NCBI GenBank assembly: GCA_047285535.1
Contig: JBJBDC010000001.1
Coordinates: 2,912,136 to 2,976,135, forward strand
Direction: 5' to 3'
DNA from: Synechococcus sp.
GTDB taxonomy: Bacteria; Cyanobacteriota; Cyanobacteriia; PCC-6307; Cyanobiaceae
Length of the DNA stretch: 64,000 nucleotides
Made by a program: the position numbers and the translations under genes. How positions within the stretch are numbered: position 1 is the stretch's first letter; each line of letters starts with the position of its first letter. The notes beneath the pieces were generated by a model, which was not told the DNA's origin, made no database searches, and worked only from the letters and a program-made list of their open reading frames with translations. Positions 50,021 through 58,987 of this stretch are shown here, piece after piece.

Positions 50021-51727
50021 TTACCAACGGCGGAATGTATCCAGACCAGTGCCCCGAATGCCCCGCGCCACCATTTGGCCATAGCCAGGAAAGTTTTTAT
50101 TTTCCCAGTCCCAACGTTCATTGAGATCGCGAACCACACTGCTGCTTCCGCTGGTGTCGGTGATCAAGGAGAACGGTCCTGAGTTGGTGCAGATTCCATC
50201 AGCCCAGATCAGGCCATTCAGCTTGGTGGTGCTGCTGCCTGTTTTGACAAAACCTGGAATGAGATGAACAGTTGCATGGGGCAGGCTGTCGCCATCAAAG
50301 GCCAGCACGTATCGATCGGTATGTGGAGAGACCGAACAGCTGCGTACGCCTGAGGGCTTCGGTGCTGCCGAAAGAATCACGAGTTGCTCCGGTTTGGCGT
50401 TGCAGGTTGTTTCCCCACTGTTCACACCACAAAGCTGGCTGCCGTTGCCGAGATTGATGCTGCCGGTGATGCCAGGTTCTGAGGGTTCCACGGTGGAGGT
50501 TCCTGGATATTCCAAATGCAAGACCACGGGCCTGCTGGCACTGGTTTCAATCAGCAGCCTTGTCTGGGTAAGGTTGATGTGTTCGACGAACACGTGGCAG
50601 TCGGACCCTGAGCCATTGCACAGTTCATTGGCACTGAGTCGGATCACGGCGCCGTTATTTTCTTCGAGGTCTGGTCGGCTCAGCGCAGTTTCTGTGTTGG
50701 CGGCTCGATTGCAGGCAATGGACTGGCATTCCGCCAGGGATTGCGTGTCATCAAAGGTCCAGATCCGTACGTTGTCGGATCCTGTCTGTTTGTCCTGGGT
50801 GAGTCCTAAGTCCCAGATATTGCTTGTGGGAAGACCTTTCTCCAGGATTGGAATGATTCTGTTCTCGAGATTGATGTTGGCAGCACTGGCGTGAACATCG
50901 CTCAGCAGATTGGATGGAAAGCATCCTGTTGCCGTTTGATAGGGCTCAGCACTACTCACATTGAGCAATACTTTTCCATCGCCGATGGATCCGTTGCTGT
51001 TCAGGATTTCGGTGTCACCTAGGAAGAGTGTGGGGCCTGATAACACAGCCCAATCTCCCTCGCCTGCGACGATTGAGTTCACATAGAGGGAACGTAACAA
51101 CAGCGTTCTCGCTAAGTAATTTGTTTTGGGGTCATCTCCTTCACGCAACACGATGCCTTCGATCTGGAAGCGGCCTTCTCCTAATCCGTTGTTCTCGGCT
51201 GTTGCTGTTGTCGCATAACCCCTCAGTCGATACTGCAGCTTGATGTTCTTCTGTCCATCCTTGCGTTGGCTGGATGTGCCTGCTGTTAGATCCCTATGGG
51301 GAGGATTCGCGTTTCCTGCATCAGCCGGCACCGCTGCTGGTAGGTGACGGCGATCGGTGCAGAGCTCTCTGAGCGGGAAGTCTGTCTGGTTGGCCGCGTT
51401 CCATCCCCATTGTTCAGATCCTGGATTTTCTGGATCGCCGCCGTTGTGATTGAGGGTGAAGAGGTATCCCTTGTAGGTGGTGTGGTTGTCCTCATTCAGC
51501 TCGCTGAGGATTCGGTTGAATCCATTCAAGGCTGCCGTTTCGGCCATTTGCTGATAGCTCTCAGCGGCTGCAAGTTTTCGTCCCATCAGTTGCCTTAGCA
51601 GCAATCCGCTCACCCCTGCCATCAGCACCATTCCCATCATCAGGGCCAGCAACAACGAAAGCCCCTGCTCTTGTGCGGGGATGTTTGGCCCCGATTTTTT
51701 GATGCTGATGGCTTTTGGAGATTTCAT
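50021..51727 (-). CDS. Large PilX-like tip pilin/adhesin
   Basis: EQG|LSLLLALMMG lacks Glu5, as PilX/GspK do; AETAALNG; long Cys/Gly/Asn-rich C-terminal region. Confidence 0.78.
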   Translation of the reverse strand: MKSPKAISIKKSGPNIPAQEQGLSLLLALMMGMVLMAGVSGLLLRQLMGRKLAAAESYQQMAETAALNGFNRILSELNEDNHTTYKGYLFTLNHNGGDPENPGSEQWGWNAANQTDFPLRELCTDRRHLPAAVPADAGNANPPHRDLTAGTSSQRKDGQKNIKLQYRLRGYATTATAENNGLGEGRFQIEGIVLREGDDPKTNYLARTLLLRSLYVNSIVAGEGDWAVLSGPTLFLGDTEILNSNGSIGDGKVLLNVSSAEPYQTATGCFPSNLLSDVHASAANINLENRIIPILEKGLPTSNIWDLGLTQDKQTGSDNVRIWTFDDTQSLAECQSIACNRAANTETALSRPDLEENNGAVIRLSANELCNGSGSDCHVFVEHINLTQTRLLIETSASRPVVLHLEYPGTSTVEPSEPGITGSINLGNGSQLCGVNSGETTCNAKPEQLVILSAAPKPSGVRSCSVSPHTDRYVLAFDGDSLPHATVHLIPGFVKTGSSTTKLNGLIWADGICTNSGPFSLITDTSGSSSVVRDLNERWDWENKNFPGYGQMVARGIRGTGLDTFRRW

Positions 51728-52240
51728 TTATCCACAGTTGGGAGTTGTGGCGGCGGTGTCTTCAAAGCCCTTGCCCTGGTTGATCCCGCTGGCGCCATTG
51801 GTCAGATTGATGCAGGCGATCACGTTGAGATTGGGTTCGTCGTCGCGGGTTGCGGTGATTGTGAATAAGTTGGCAGTATTCGTGATGGCTACGTTGTAAA
51901 AACCTCCAGCTAAGTTGATCGCTGCAAAATCATTGTCTGTAGCGGGTCCGTTCTCGGTCATGATTGCATTGGTGTTGTTTAAGTCTGCCCAACTGGTTGG
52001 AAGAACACCAAATTCATCGGCATAGGCTGCGATTGTGGTTTGGATCTGGGAGATTACCGATGCTGTTTCGTTTTGCCTGGTGCGATTTACTTGATTGAGA
52101 TAACTTGGGAATGCAATACTTGAGAGGATTCCAATAATCACTACGGAGATTAATACTTCTGTTAATGAAAAGCCTTCCGCTTCAGCCTTTGCTGAGCTGC
52201 CGAAGGCATTTACTGTGCATTGTGATATTTGATTTAGCAT
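51728..52240 (-). CDS. Type IV pilin (PilE-like)
   Basis: G|FSLTEVLISVVIIGILSSIAFPSY; C-terminal Cys pair. Confidence 0.88.
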   Translation of the reverse strand: MLNQISQCTVNAFGSSAKAEAEGFSLTEVLISVVIIGILSSIAFPSYLNQVNRTRQNETASVISQIQTTIAAYADEFGVLPTSWADLNNTNAIMTENGPATDNDFAAINLAGGFYNVAITNTANLFTITATRDDEPNLNVIACINLTNGASGINQGKGFEDTAATTPNCG

Positions 52241-52262
52241 GATTGATCAGTCCTTTGATTGT

Positions 52263-52297
52263 CTGCCTTCTGGTTATTTTTTGCATTCAGAAGGCAG
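52263..52297 (-). terminator. Stem-loop 3' of the major pilin gene
   Basis: Perfect 10-bp inverted repeat CTGCCTTCTG ... CAGAAGGCAG between pilA and the next pilin. Confidence 0.65.
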
Positions 52298-52325
52298 TAT
52301 TTAGGGATTCAGATGATTGATATGA

Positions 52326-52814
52326 CTATGCGCAATTTGGAGCGCTAGCGACAGTGCCATCAGCCTTAATTGCTTGTTTTCTCACTCCTGTGGCAGGATT
52401 CACACAAGCTGCTGCATTGTATTTCCCATCTAAGTCGGAATTCGTCACACCAACTGCTGTGACTGTATAGATATTGTCTCCAGTCCCCGAAAAGTCTCCA
52501 GATGTGAAGTCACAAAGGTCTGAGTCGTGTTGTGCCACAACTGCGGTCATGGCAGCATTTTTCTCTGCATCGGTACCAGTAGTGAGGCCTTCAGCACCAG
52601 CTTGGGACAAGATGGCGCCTAGTCGAGTTGTGCACTCTGTGGCTTTGGCTTTACTGGTCTGACTTAAAAAATTAGGAAGTGCTACTGCTGAAAGAATCCC
52701 AACAATCACAATCACAATCATCAACTCCACCAAGGTGAAGCCTTTTTCAAGCAGATTGCGACCTTTTTTTCTGTTGAGGATGGAAAGTTGTAGGCGGCGA
52801 TTGAGTGTGCTCAT
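52326..52814 (-). CDS. pilA: Major type IV pilin
   Basis: KG|FTLVELMIVIVIVGILSAVALPNF; first gene of the operon; C-terminal Cys pair. Confidence 0.88.
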   Translation of the reverse strand: MSTLNRRLQLSILNRKKGRNLLEKGFTLVELMIVIVIVGILSAVALPNFLSQTSKAKATECTTRLGAILSQAGAEGLTTGTDAEKNAAMTAVVAQHDSDLCDFTSGDFSGTGDNIYTVTAVGVTNSDLDGKYNAAACVNPATGVRKQAIKADGTVASAPNCA

Positions 52815-52914
52815 GATGTTTTTGCGAGGAATAATTGGCTTGGCACAGGTTGTGCTCACAGATCAATCATTCCCCTTCCAAGTGGCCAGCAAGCAAGGAA
52901 TCGGCTAGAGGTCT

Positions 52915-52930
52915 CTAAGAACCTTCTTAG
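52915..52930. promoter_or_regulatory. Palindrome in the pilA/kinase divergent promoter, candidate operator
   Basis: CTAAGAA-CC-TTCTTAG. Confidence 0.4.
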
Positions 52931-52942
52931 GTAACCAGTTTT

Positions 52943-54238
52943 TTGTCCCAATCTCAGCCCTTACCGTCGCTGCGTCTTTGGCTTCAATCCACGGCTTTGC
53001 TCACAGTGATCGCTGGCTATGCATTGATGCTGTTTTTTAATGCTGTTCTGGCCGATGGGCAACGGCGTCATCATCACCAGAAGTTGCGGTCCTCTGTTGA
53101 GCGTCGTCTTCAGGAGCGATCGGACCTGATTCTGCCGTTCGACAACACACAACTTCATATTTCACTGGGTTCTCGGGGACCTGAGTTGTCTCCGGAGCTG
53201 CAGTTGCTGGCCGATGGTCAGCATTGGATGGTGAGTCGTCGGCTTTTGTCCGAATCGGGAAATCAGTGGCTTTGGTTGGAGGTACGTCAGAACGTCACCA
53301 GCTCTTTGCGTCAGGAGCGCTTCAGTCAGTTGATGTTGATCGCTGCAGCCTGTATTTCCATCTTGCTCACTGCTTTATTGCTACGGCCTGTTCTGTATCG
53401 GGGATTGGTGCTTCCGCTGAATACCCTGATTGGGCAATTGCAGAATGTAGAGGCCGATACCCTCGCTCAAAACCTGCCTGAGGCTGACCTTCAGCCTCAG
53501 GAGTTGCGGCCGATTATTCTTGCCTTCAATCAATTGCAACAACGCCTAGCCCTTGCTTGGCAACGAGAAAAGGACTTCATCGATGGTGCCGTCCATCAGC
53601 TGCGCACTCCGATCACGGTGATCTCTGGGCACGCGCAACGGCTGAACCTTCAGCCCCTGCCTCCTAAAAGTGAACGTTCTGTTGCGCTGATTGCATCAGA
53701 GTCGCACCGAATGGCTGAGATTCTTGCTGTGTTGCGCGATCTGTCTCGCATTGATGCGGGGCGATTGTCATTGCAACTTGAACCTCTTGATGCCGATGAG
53801 CAGTTGCTGGCTGCGTATGAACGCTGCTCGTCGGCTGCGCTGGATCGATTGCGACTTCCTCTGCCTGCTTCAGACCCAGAGTTGATGTTTCAGGCAGACC
53901 GCATGCGGTTGCAGCAATGTCTGGATGCTCTGATTGCCAATGCTTTGCTGTACAGCGAAGGCCACGTGCAGTTGCAGTCAGAAATGGGCAACGATGAAGT
54001 GATCATGCATGTTCTTGATTCTGGTCCTGGAATTGTGTGCGCTGAACGTGAACTCGTGCTTGCGAGGTTTGAAAGGGGCTCCACGTCTGTTGGCACCCGG
54101 GGAACAGGGCTTGGACTGGCCCTTGTTGATGAGTTGGTGAGGGCGATGGGTGGCGATCTACTCATCGCCGATGCGTCAGGGGGTGGGGCTGACTTGCAGT
54201 TGCGATTCAGTCTTTTGACTTCTCGATCCGAGCCATGA
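52943..54238 (+). CDS. Sensor histidine kinase (2 TM, HAMP, HisKA, HATPase) with atypical H-box
   Basis: VHQLRTP, ANALLY, DSGPG, GTGLGL. Confidence 0.88.
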   Translation: MSQSQPLPSLRLWLQSTALLTVIAGYALMLFFNAVLADGQRRHHHQKLRSSVERRLQERSDLILPFDNTQLHISLGSRGPELSPELQLLADGQHWMVSRRLLSESGNQWLWLEVRQNVTSSLRQERFSQLMLIAAACISILLTALLLRPVLYRGLVLPLNTLIGQLQNVEADTLAQNLPEADLQPQELRPIILAFNQLQQRLALAWQREKDFIDGAVHQLRTPITVISGHAQRLNLQPLPPKSERSVALIASESHRMAEILAVLRDLSRIDAGRLSLQLEPLDADEQLLAAYERCSSAALDRLRLPLPASDPELMFQADRMRLQQCLDALIANALLYSEGHVQLQSEMGNDEVIMHVLDSGPGIVCAERELVLARFERGSTSVGTRGTGLGLALVDELVRAMGGDLLIADASGGGADLQLRFSLLTSRSEP

Positions 54239-54920
54239 AGCCCACACCACGAATGGTGTGGATCAGTTGAGGTAATTCAGGCTTTTCGATCTTTCGCCGC
54301 AAGTAGCCCATGTAAACATCCAATGTGTTTGGATCACCCACGAATGGTGCACCCCAGACTCCTTCAAGAATCTCGCGACGTTCCAGCACTTGTCCAGATC
54401 GCTTCACAAGGAAATGAAGCAGATTGAATTCGCGTTGCGACAGCGACAGCTCTTTCTCTCCACGATGGACGACTCGGCTGAGGAGGTCTATCCGTAGATC
54501 ACCAAGCTCTAGTTGCTCTTCTTGTTGTTCTGCTTTTGCGAACTGACCACGTCGTAATCGAGCACGCACTCGGGCATGGAGTTCTTTCAGCTCAAAAGGT
54601 TTGGTGATGTAGTCGTCTGCTCCAAGATCGAGGGCTTGAACGCGGTCTTCTAGATCGTCATGAGCGGTGAGCATCAACATTGGGGTGGTGTCGCCGCTGA
54701 GACGCAGCCGTCTGCAGATTTCGATTCCGTCAAAGTCTGGAAGCGACCAATCCAGGACGACAAGATCAAAGTGTTCCTTTCGCAGCAGCATCAAAGCGTC
54801 GACACCACAGTTGACACCGATACACTTCACCTCCTCGCTCGCGAGCTCTTCCACGAGAAAGCTCAATAGCTCTGGGTCGTCATCAACGATCAGCAACCTG
54901 GAACGTGTCTCCTCCGACAT
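54207..54920 (-). CDS. OmpR/PhoB-family response regulator
   Basis: IVDDD, LDWSLP, LTA, KPF; winged helix DVYMGYLRRK...TIRGVGF. Confidence 0.94.
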   Translation of the reverse strand: MSEETRSRLLIVDDDPELLSFLVEELASEEVKCIGVNCGVDALMLLRKEHFDLVVLDWSLPDFDGIEICRRLRLSGDTTPMLMLTAHDDLEDRVQALDLGADDYITKPFELKELHARVRARLRRGQFAKAEQQEEQLELGDLRIDLLSRVVHRGEKELSLSQREFNLLHFLVKRSGQVLERREILEGVWGAPFVGDPNTLDVYMGYLRRKIEKPELPQLIHTIRGVGFMARIEKSKD

Positions 54921-54993
54921 CGGGGCTTCATTGTCTTCTCAAAAGATACGGTGATTGGCAGTGGAACGCTTTCACTAGTTGCCTTGAGTCCTT

Positions 54994-55491
54994 GTGATCT
55001 GTTCGCGGGTTGTTTGGCCCCGATCGCAGTCGGGATTTGTGTTGCCCTTGGCTGTATCCGCTTCAGCGGTGTTGCTTTTAGGCAGCGCTTCCATGCTTAC
55101 GCTGAGTCTTCAGCGGCGACTGAGCATTCAATCGTCCAGTCGTCGAGACATCAGCGCAGATCAATTACGTTCTGCAGCGCAGGCGTTTGCTGCGCATGCC
55201 CGCGGGCCGGAGGCCTGTTTGCTGTTGCGAGCAAAACTTGATTGGCCCCATCGTCTTCAGCTCTGCGATGACGTTGATCCCTCTCGTTTAAGTCATGGTG
55301 TTGTGGGAGAAACCCATTGGTCTTTGCTCGATTGGCAGCCCAGTGTTGATAGCGGATGGCTGAGTTTGCAAGTAGGCCATGACCGAACTGCGAGATTTCG
55401 CCTTGCGTTAGATCCAGTTGCTCCTGCGGTGATCGGGATCAGTGAACCGCAGCGTTTAGCTCCATCCACGCATGGGGAGATTGATCGATGA
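54994..55491 (+). CDS. Small PilX-like minor pilin
   Basis: SG|FVLPLAVSASAVLLL lacks Glu5. Confidence 0.72.
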   Translation: MICSRVVWPRSQSGFVLPLAVSASAVLLLGSASMLTLSLQRRLSIQSSSRRDISADQLRSAAQAFAAHARGPEACLLLRAKLDWPHRLQLCDDVDPSRLSHGVVGETHWSLLDWQPSVDSGWLSLQVGHDRTARFRLALDPVAPAVIGISEPQRLAPSTHGEIDR

Positions 55492-55928
55492 CGTTGATTG
55501 AAGTCTTGATGTCCTCGGTTGTGCTTGCTGGGAGCAGTAGCGCAGCACTCGGCATTTGGAGTCAAGCTGCAGGAGAGATTCAACGTGCTCAGCGACTGGA
55601 GGGGCTGTCCCTCCAACTGGAAACGGTACGCATTGCCACGCATCGTTGGCTTGAGTCTGGACTGTCGTCGTCGGATCTTTTGGATCCAACGGCGCATGAT
55701 TGTCGGTTTGAGCCAGCAGCTTTAGAAGCAGCAGCGGCTGCGCATTTGAGCGCAGAGGCTGATATTCACCTTCTCTGGCAGCCTGATCCCCAGGGGCTCG
55801 GCCATTGGCTAGAGCTGACTGTGCCATCTGAGGATCAATCTGAGCATCAGTCATCTCTATTGACGAGACGTCAATTGTTTACACCTGCGGCCTATGGCCT
55901 TTGTCGTTCTGACGAGGAGCGGCGATGA
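55488..55928 (+). CDS. PilV-like minor pilin (no leader peptide)
   Basis: MTLIEVLMSSVVL; ATGA overlap with the upstream gene. Confidence 0.75.
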   Translation: MTLIEVLMSSVVLAGSSSAALGIWSQAAGEIQRAQRLEGLSLQLETVRIATHRWLESGLSSSDLLDPTAHDCRFEPAALEAAAAAHLSAEADIHLLWQPDPQGLGHWLELTVPSEDQSEHQSSLLTRRQLFTPAAYGLCRSDEERR

Positions 55929-56443
55929 CCTTGATGGAGCCCTTATTGGTCGTGGTTCTGTTGGGGATTCTGGCCTCAATGGCAGTGGTGTCTGGTGGCA
56001 CCGATCGTGATCAGCTTCAGCTCGCCGCTGCTGCGCGCCGTTTACAGAGTGGTTTGGATCGTGGTCGTAGCATCGCAAGACGTGAGCAGAGACCCTGCGG
56101 CATTGCTCTCGGCCAGGAGGGGTGGATGGCCCCGGAGCAGGTGATGTTGCCTGGCAACATCCGCGCCTGTTCGGACAGTGGCATGTCGTTGCAGGAATCT
56201 GTTGAGACAGGGCCAATAGAGCTGAACACCAACATGCCAGCCGTGCTGCGTATCGCCGCAAATGGTCTGATCTTGGATGGCGGTATTGCTGTTCTCAGTC
56301 ATCAGCGCTTACCCAACACTCGATGCTTGGTGGTGAGCATCCCCTTGGGCGTAAGTCGCATTGGTGTCTATCAAGAGCCGCTTCCCCTGAGGCAAAGACG
56401 CCTAAGTAGTAGCCGTTGCCTACCTGATCAGGATCAGAGTTGA
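55925..56443 (+). CDS. FimT-like minor pilin (no leader peptide)
   Basis: MTLMEPLLVVVLLGILA; TRCLVVSIPLG; ATGA overlap. Confidence 0.75.
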   Translation: MTLMEPLLVVVLLGILASMAVVSGGTDRDQLQLAAAARRLQSGLDRGRSIARREQRPCGIALGQEGWMAPEQVMLPGNIRACSDSGMSLQESVETGPIELNTNMPAVLRIAANGLILDGGIAVLSHQRLPNTRCLVVSIPLGVSRIGVYQEPLPLRQRRLSSSRCLPDQDQS

Positions 56444-56447
56444 GCCG

Positions 56448-57023
56448 ATGTCTGACAAGGCGCAACGATCTGGCTTCACCTTGATTGAACTGATGCTTGC
56501 GATCAGCCTTGGCAGCGTGTTTTTCAGCGCGTTGCTGAGCTTGGTTGGCGCTGATCTACAACTAGGGCAAACGATGGCGAGTCGATTGCGTGAATTGGCG
56601 TGGCAACGCCGCACATTGGATCTTATTCGTGAAGAATTGGCTGTTGGCTCCAGCTGGACCTTGGATCCAGCGTTATCTCAGGACTGGCCTTGTGCCATGG
56701 CAGGCCGCCGACCAGTGTTGGCGATTCAGCTGGATCACACCGGAACTCAACCGTTCTCAAACAGCATTGTGTACAGCGTTGGTCCTGCACCGTCTCCGAT
56801 CTGGCGTGGTTTGGTGTTGATGCGTTGTGGTCCTGCCTATGGACTCGATGGTGTGATCAGGCCGGAGGGGATTGCCCAGAACCGAGTGATGATTGATGGT
56901 TTACCCAAGGATGGTCTTGGGTTTCAGGCACGCAAGGATCCCCACACAAGGGTTCTGTACCTTCAATTGGAACAAAGGCTTAAGGCTGGTTCAGCTCGTT
57001 ATCGTTCTGCTGCTGTCTTCTGA
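56448..57023 (+). CDS. PilW-like minor pilin
   Basis: SG|FTLIELMLAISLG; LMRCGPAYGLDG. Confidence 0.82.
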   Translation: MSDKAQRSGFTLIELMLAISLGSVFFSALLSLVGADLQLGQTMASRLRELAWQRRTLDLIREELAVGSSWTLDPALSQDWPCAMAGRRPVLAIQLDHTGTQPFSNSIVYSVGPAPSPIWRGLVLMRCGPAYGLDGVIRPEGIAQNRVMIDGLPKDGLGFQARKDPHTRVLYLQLEQRLKAGSARYRSAAVF

Positions 57024-57359
57024 CGATGGTGCCGGCATGAATAAGAAATAGATATCCACACTCGCAGCTGCGAGTGCAAGAAAAAGGTGAACAATCCAGC
57101 CGTTCTTCACACCCATTCCCCTTATGGCAATGGAGGAATTGATCACCACCATGACACTCAGAAAAGTGAACAGAATGATGCTGATCAAGCGATCCAAATG
57201 TCGGCGTTGGGTCCAAAGGCTGGCGATCAACGGCAGCAGGATCAATGTTGAGACTCCATGCAAGACCTTCATGCTGAACAGACTATGCAAATGTGGAGTG
57301 ATTGCAGCCCACAGGTTGATAGGAATCAACAGGGAACAAAAGATTAAATAAAACACCAT
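56991..57359 (-). CDS. Small 4-TM membrane protein
   Basis: Hydrophobic ORF starting 8 bp after the kinase stop. Confidence 0.7.
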   Translation of the reverse strand: MVFYLIFCSLLIPINLWAAITPHLHSLFSMKVLHGVSTLILLPLIASLWTQRRHLDRLISIILFTFLSVMVVINSSIAIRGMGVKNGWIVHLFLALAAASVDIYFLFMPAPSSEDSSRTITS

Positions 57360-57367
57360 GATTAACT

Positions 57368-58864
57368 TTAGGCTGGTTTTGTCAGAATGACAGAGAAACA
57401 GCTGCCTGAACCTTCTTTGCTTTCGACGCAAACATTTCCGCCCATGGCCGAGGTCAGCAACGTGACGACTGAAAGTCCAAGTCCCGTTCCACTGTTGTTA
57501 CTACTGTTTTTCCCCCTATAAAAACGCTTGAAGATATGGGGGAGATCGCTCGCTGGGATTCCAATGCCCTCATCTTTCACATCAATGGCGATGCCGTCTG
57601 TATGAGAATGAAGTATCAATGTGATCAGTGATTCCGCGTCTGAGTATTTCGCAGCGTTGTCAATTAAATCCATCAGTACTTGCTGGAGGCGTGCGGGATC
57701 TGCTAACGCGTTGCTGTTTTCGTCGCTCGGGATTGTGTTCAGCACTTCAATTCTGCGAGAAATAAGGTTGCTTTTGCTCAGATCAGCAACTTTTTGCACC
57801 AAAACTGCGAGATCAACCACCTCTTGATTCAGCTGGAGTCGACCAGAATCACCTCGAGAGAGGTCCAGTAAGTCGTCGAGGAGCATGCGCATGCGGATGC
57901 TTTCTTCCTCTGCCGTTTGGAGTCCTCGACGCTCTTTGGCGGTGAGGCCTTCGCCGCGTTTAATGGTGCGATGTAGATAACCTTGAATAATCGTCAGTGG
58001 TGTTCGCAATTCATGGCTGACGGCACTGACAAACCGGCGTTGATCGCTCCAAGATAGGGCGAGACGTTCAATTAATTCGGAATAGGTTTTGGCGAGCTGA
58101 CGAACTTCCTTGGGGGCCGTTTTCATCTCTGGAATCGGATCTTGAGTGAGAGTTTCGGCGGTCAGTGAGGCACTGCGCTCACTAAGTTGCAGCAAAGGTT
58201 TCACAATGCGCTTCACCAACACCGTGATGGTGATCAGCGAGAGTGACATGGATCCCACCCCAATCAAAATCATCCAGCTCAGAAATTCGTTTTGGATGCG
58301 GCTTGAGTCGTTGGTTGTTGTGATGCTCCAGAGACGTTCTCCAGTTGGGTAAGACTGAGTCAGCATGGTGAGGTACTCCTTGCCCTCGCTTTTAATGAGA
58401 CTGGGATTTGTCGAGTTTTCATTATTGTTATGACTATCCATAGCAAGTTGCATGATTTCCCTTGGGATGGAACTGTGTCTGTCGGAGCTGTGGCCGGCAG
58501 CGGGCTCAAGAAGGGATCCATCGGCAAGCTCTAGCCAGTTGGCGCTACGAGTGGTGGAGTGGTCGCGAAGCTTTTGTTTTACTTTTGTTTGAGCTTTGGT
58601 GCTCCAATCGCTGGCTGAATGGCCTTCTCCTAACAGGCCATCCGATGCAAAGATGTTGATTAAATGGGCTGCATTCGTTCTTAATTCTGCTTCTGCAATG
58701 CGGGTTTGATTGCGATTGTTGAGCCATAACCCAGTGGTGGTCGCCCCTGTGAAACCGATCAACACTGCCGTGTAAGTGGCCAATTGAAGTTGGCCTCGAA
58801 GACTTCCGAGAATTCGAGAACGCCAGTGAGGCTCAGATGCCACGAAATCGGTCCCCGCAAACAT
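57368..58864 (-). CDS. Sensor histidine kinase (2 TM, HAMP, HisKA, HATPase)
   Basis: VSHELRTPLT, DNAAKYS, DEGIG, FKRFYR, GTGLGL. Confidence 0.93.
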   Translation of the reverse strand: MFAGTDFVASEPHWRSRILGSLRGQLQLATYTAVLIGFTGATTTGLWLNNRNQTRIAEAELRTNAAHLINIFASDGLLGEGHSASDWSTKAQTKVKQKLRDHSTTRSANWLELADGSLLEPAAGHSSDRHSSIPREIMQLAMDSHNNNENSTNPSLIKSEGKEYLTMLTQSYPTGERLWSITTTNDSSRIQNEFLSWMILIGVGSMSLSLITITVLVKRIVKPLLQLSERSASLTAETLTQDPIPEMKTAPKEVRQLAKTYSELIERLALSWSDQRRFVSAVSHELRTPLTIIQGYLHRTIKRGEGLTAKERRGLQTAEEESIRMRMLLDDLLDLSRGDSGRLQLNQEVVDLAVLVQKVADLSKSNLISRRIEVLNTIPSDENSNALADPARLQQVLMDLIDNAAKYSDAESLITLILHSHTDGIAIDVKDEGIGIPASDLPHIFKRFYRGKNSSNNSGTGLGLSVVTLLTSAMGGNVCVESKEGSGSCFSVILTKPA

Positions 58865-58987
58865 TGCATTGACTTCGTCAAGTTTGCCAGCAGAACCAGC
58901 GAGAATGAAATTGCATTTGTCAGCCTCTTTGTCTTGAGTTTTGCGGCCTCGCCCCTGGGAAGAGCACGCCCTACCCTTTCGGCCCGT

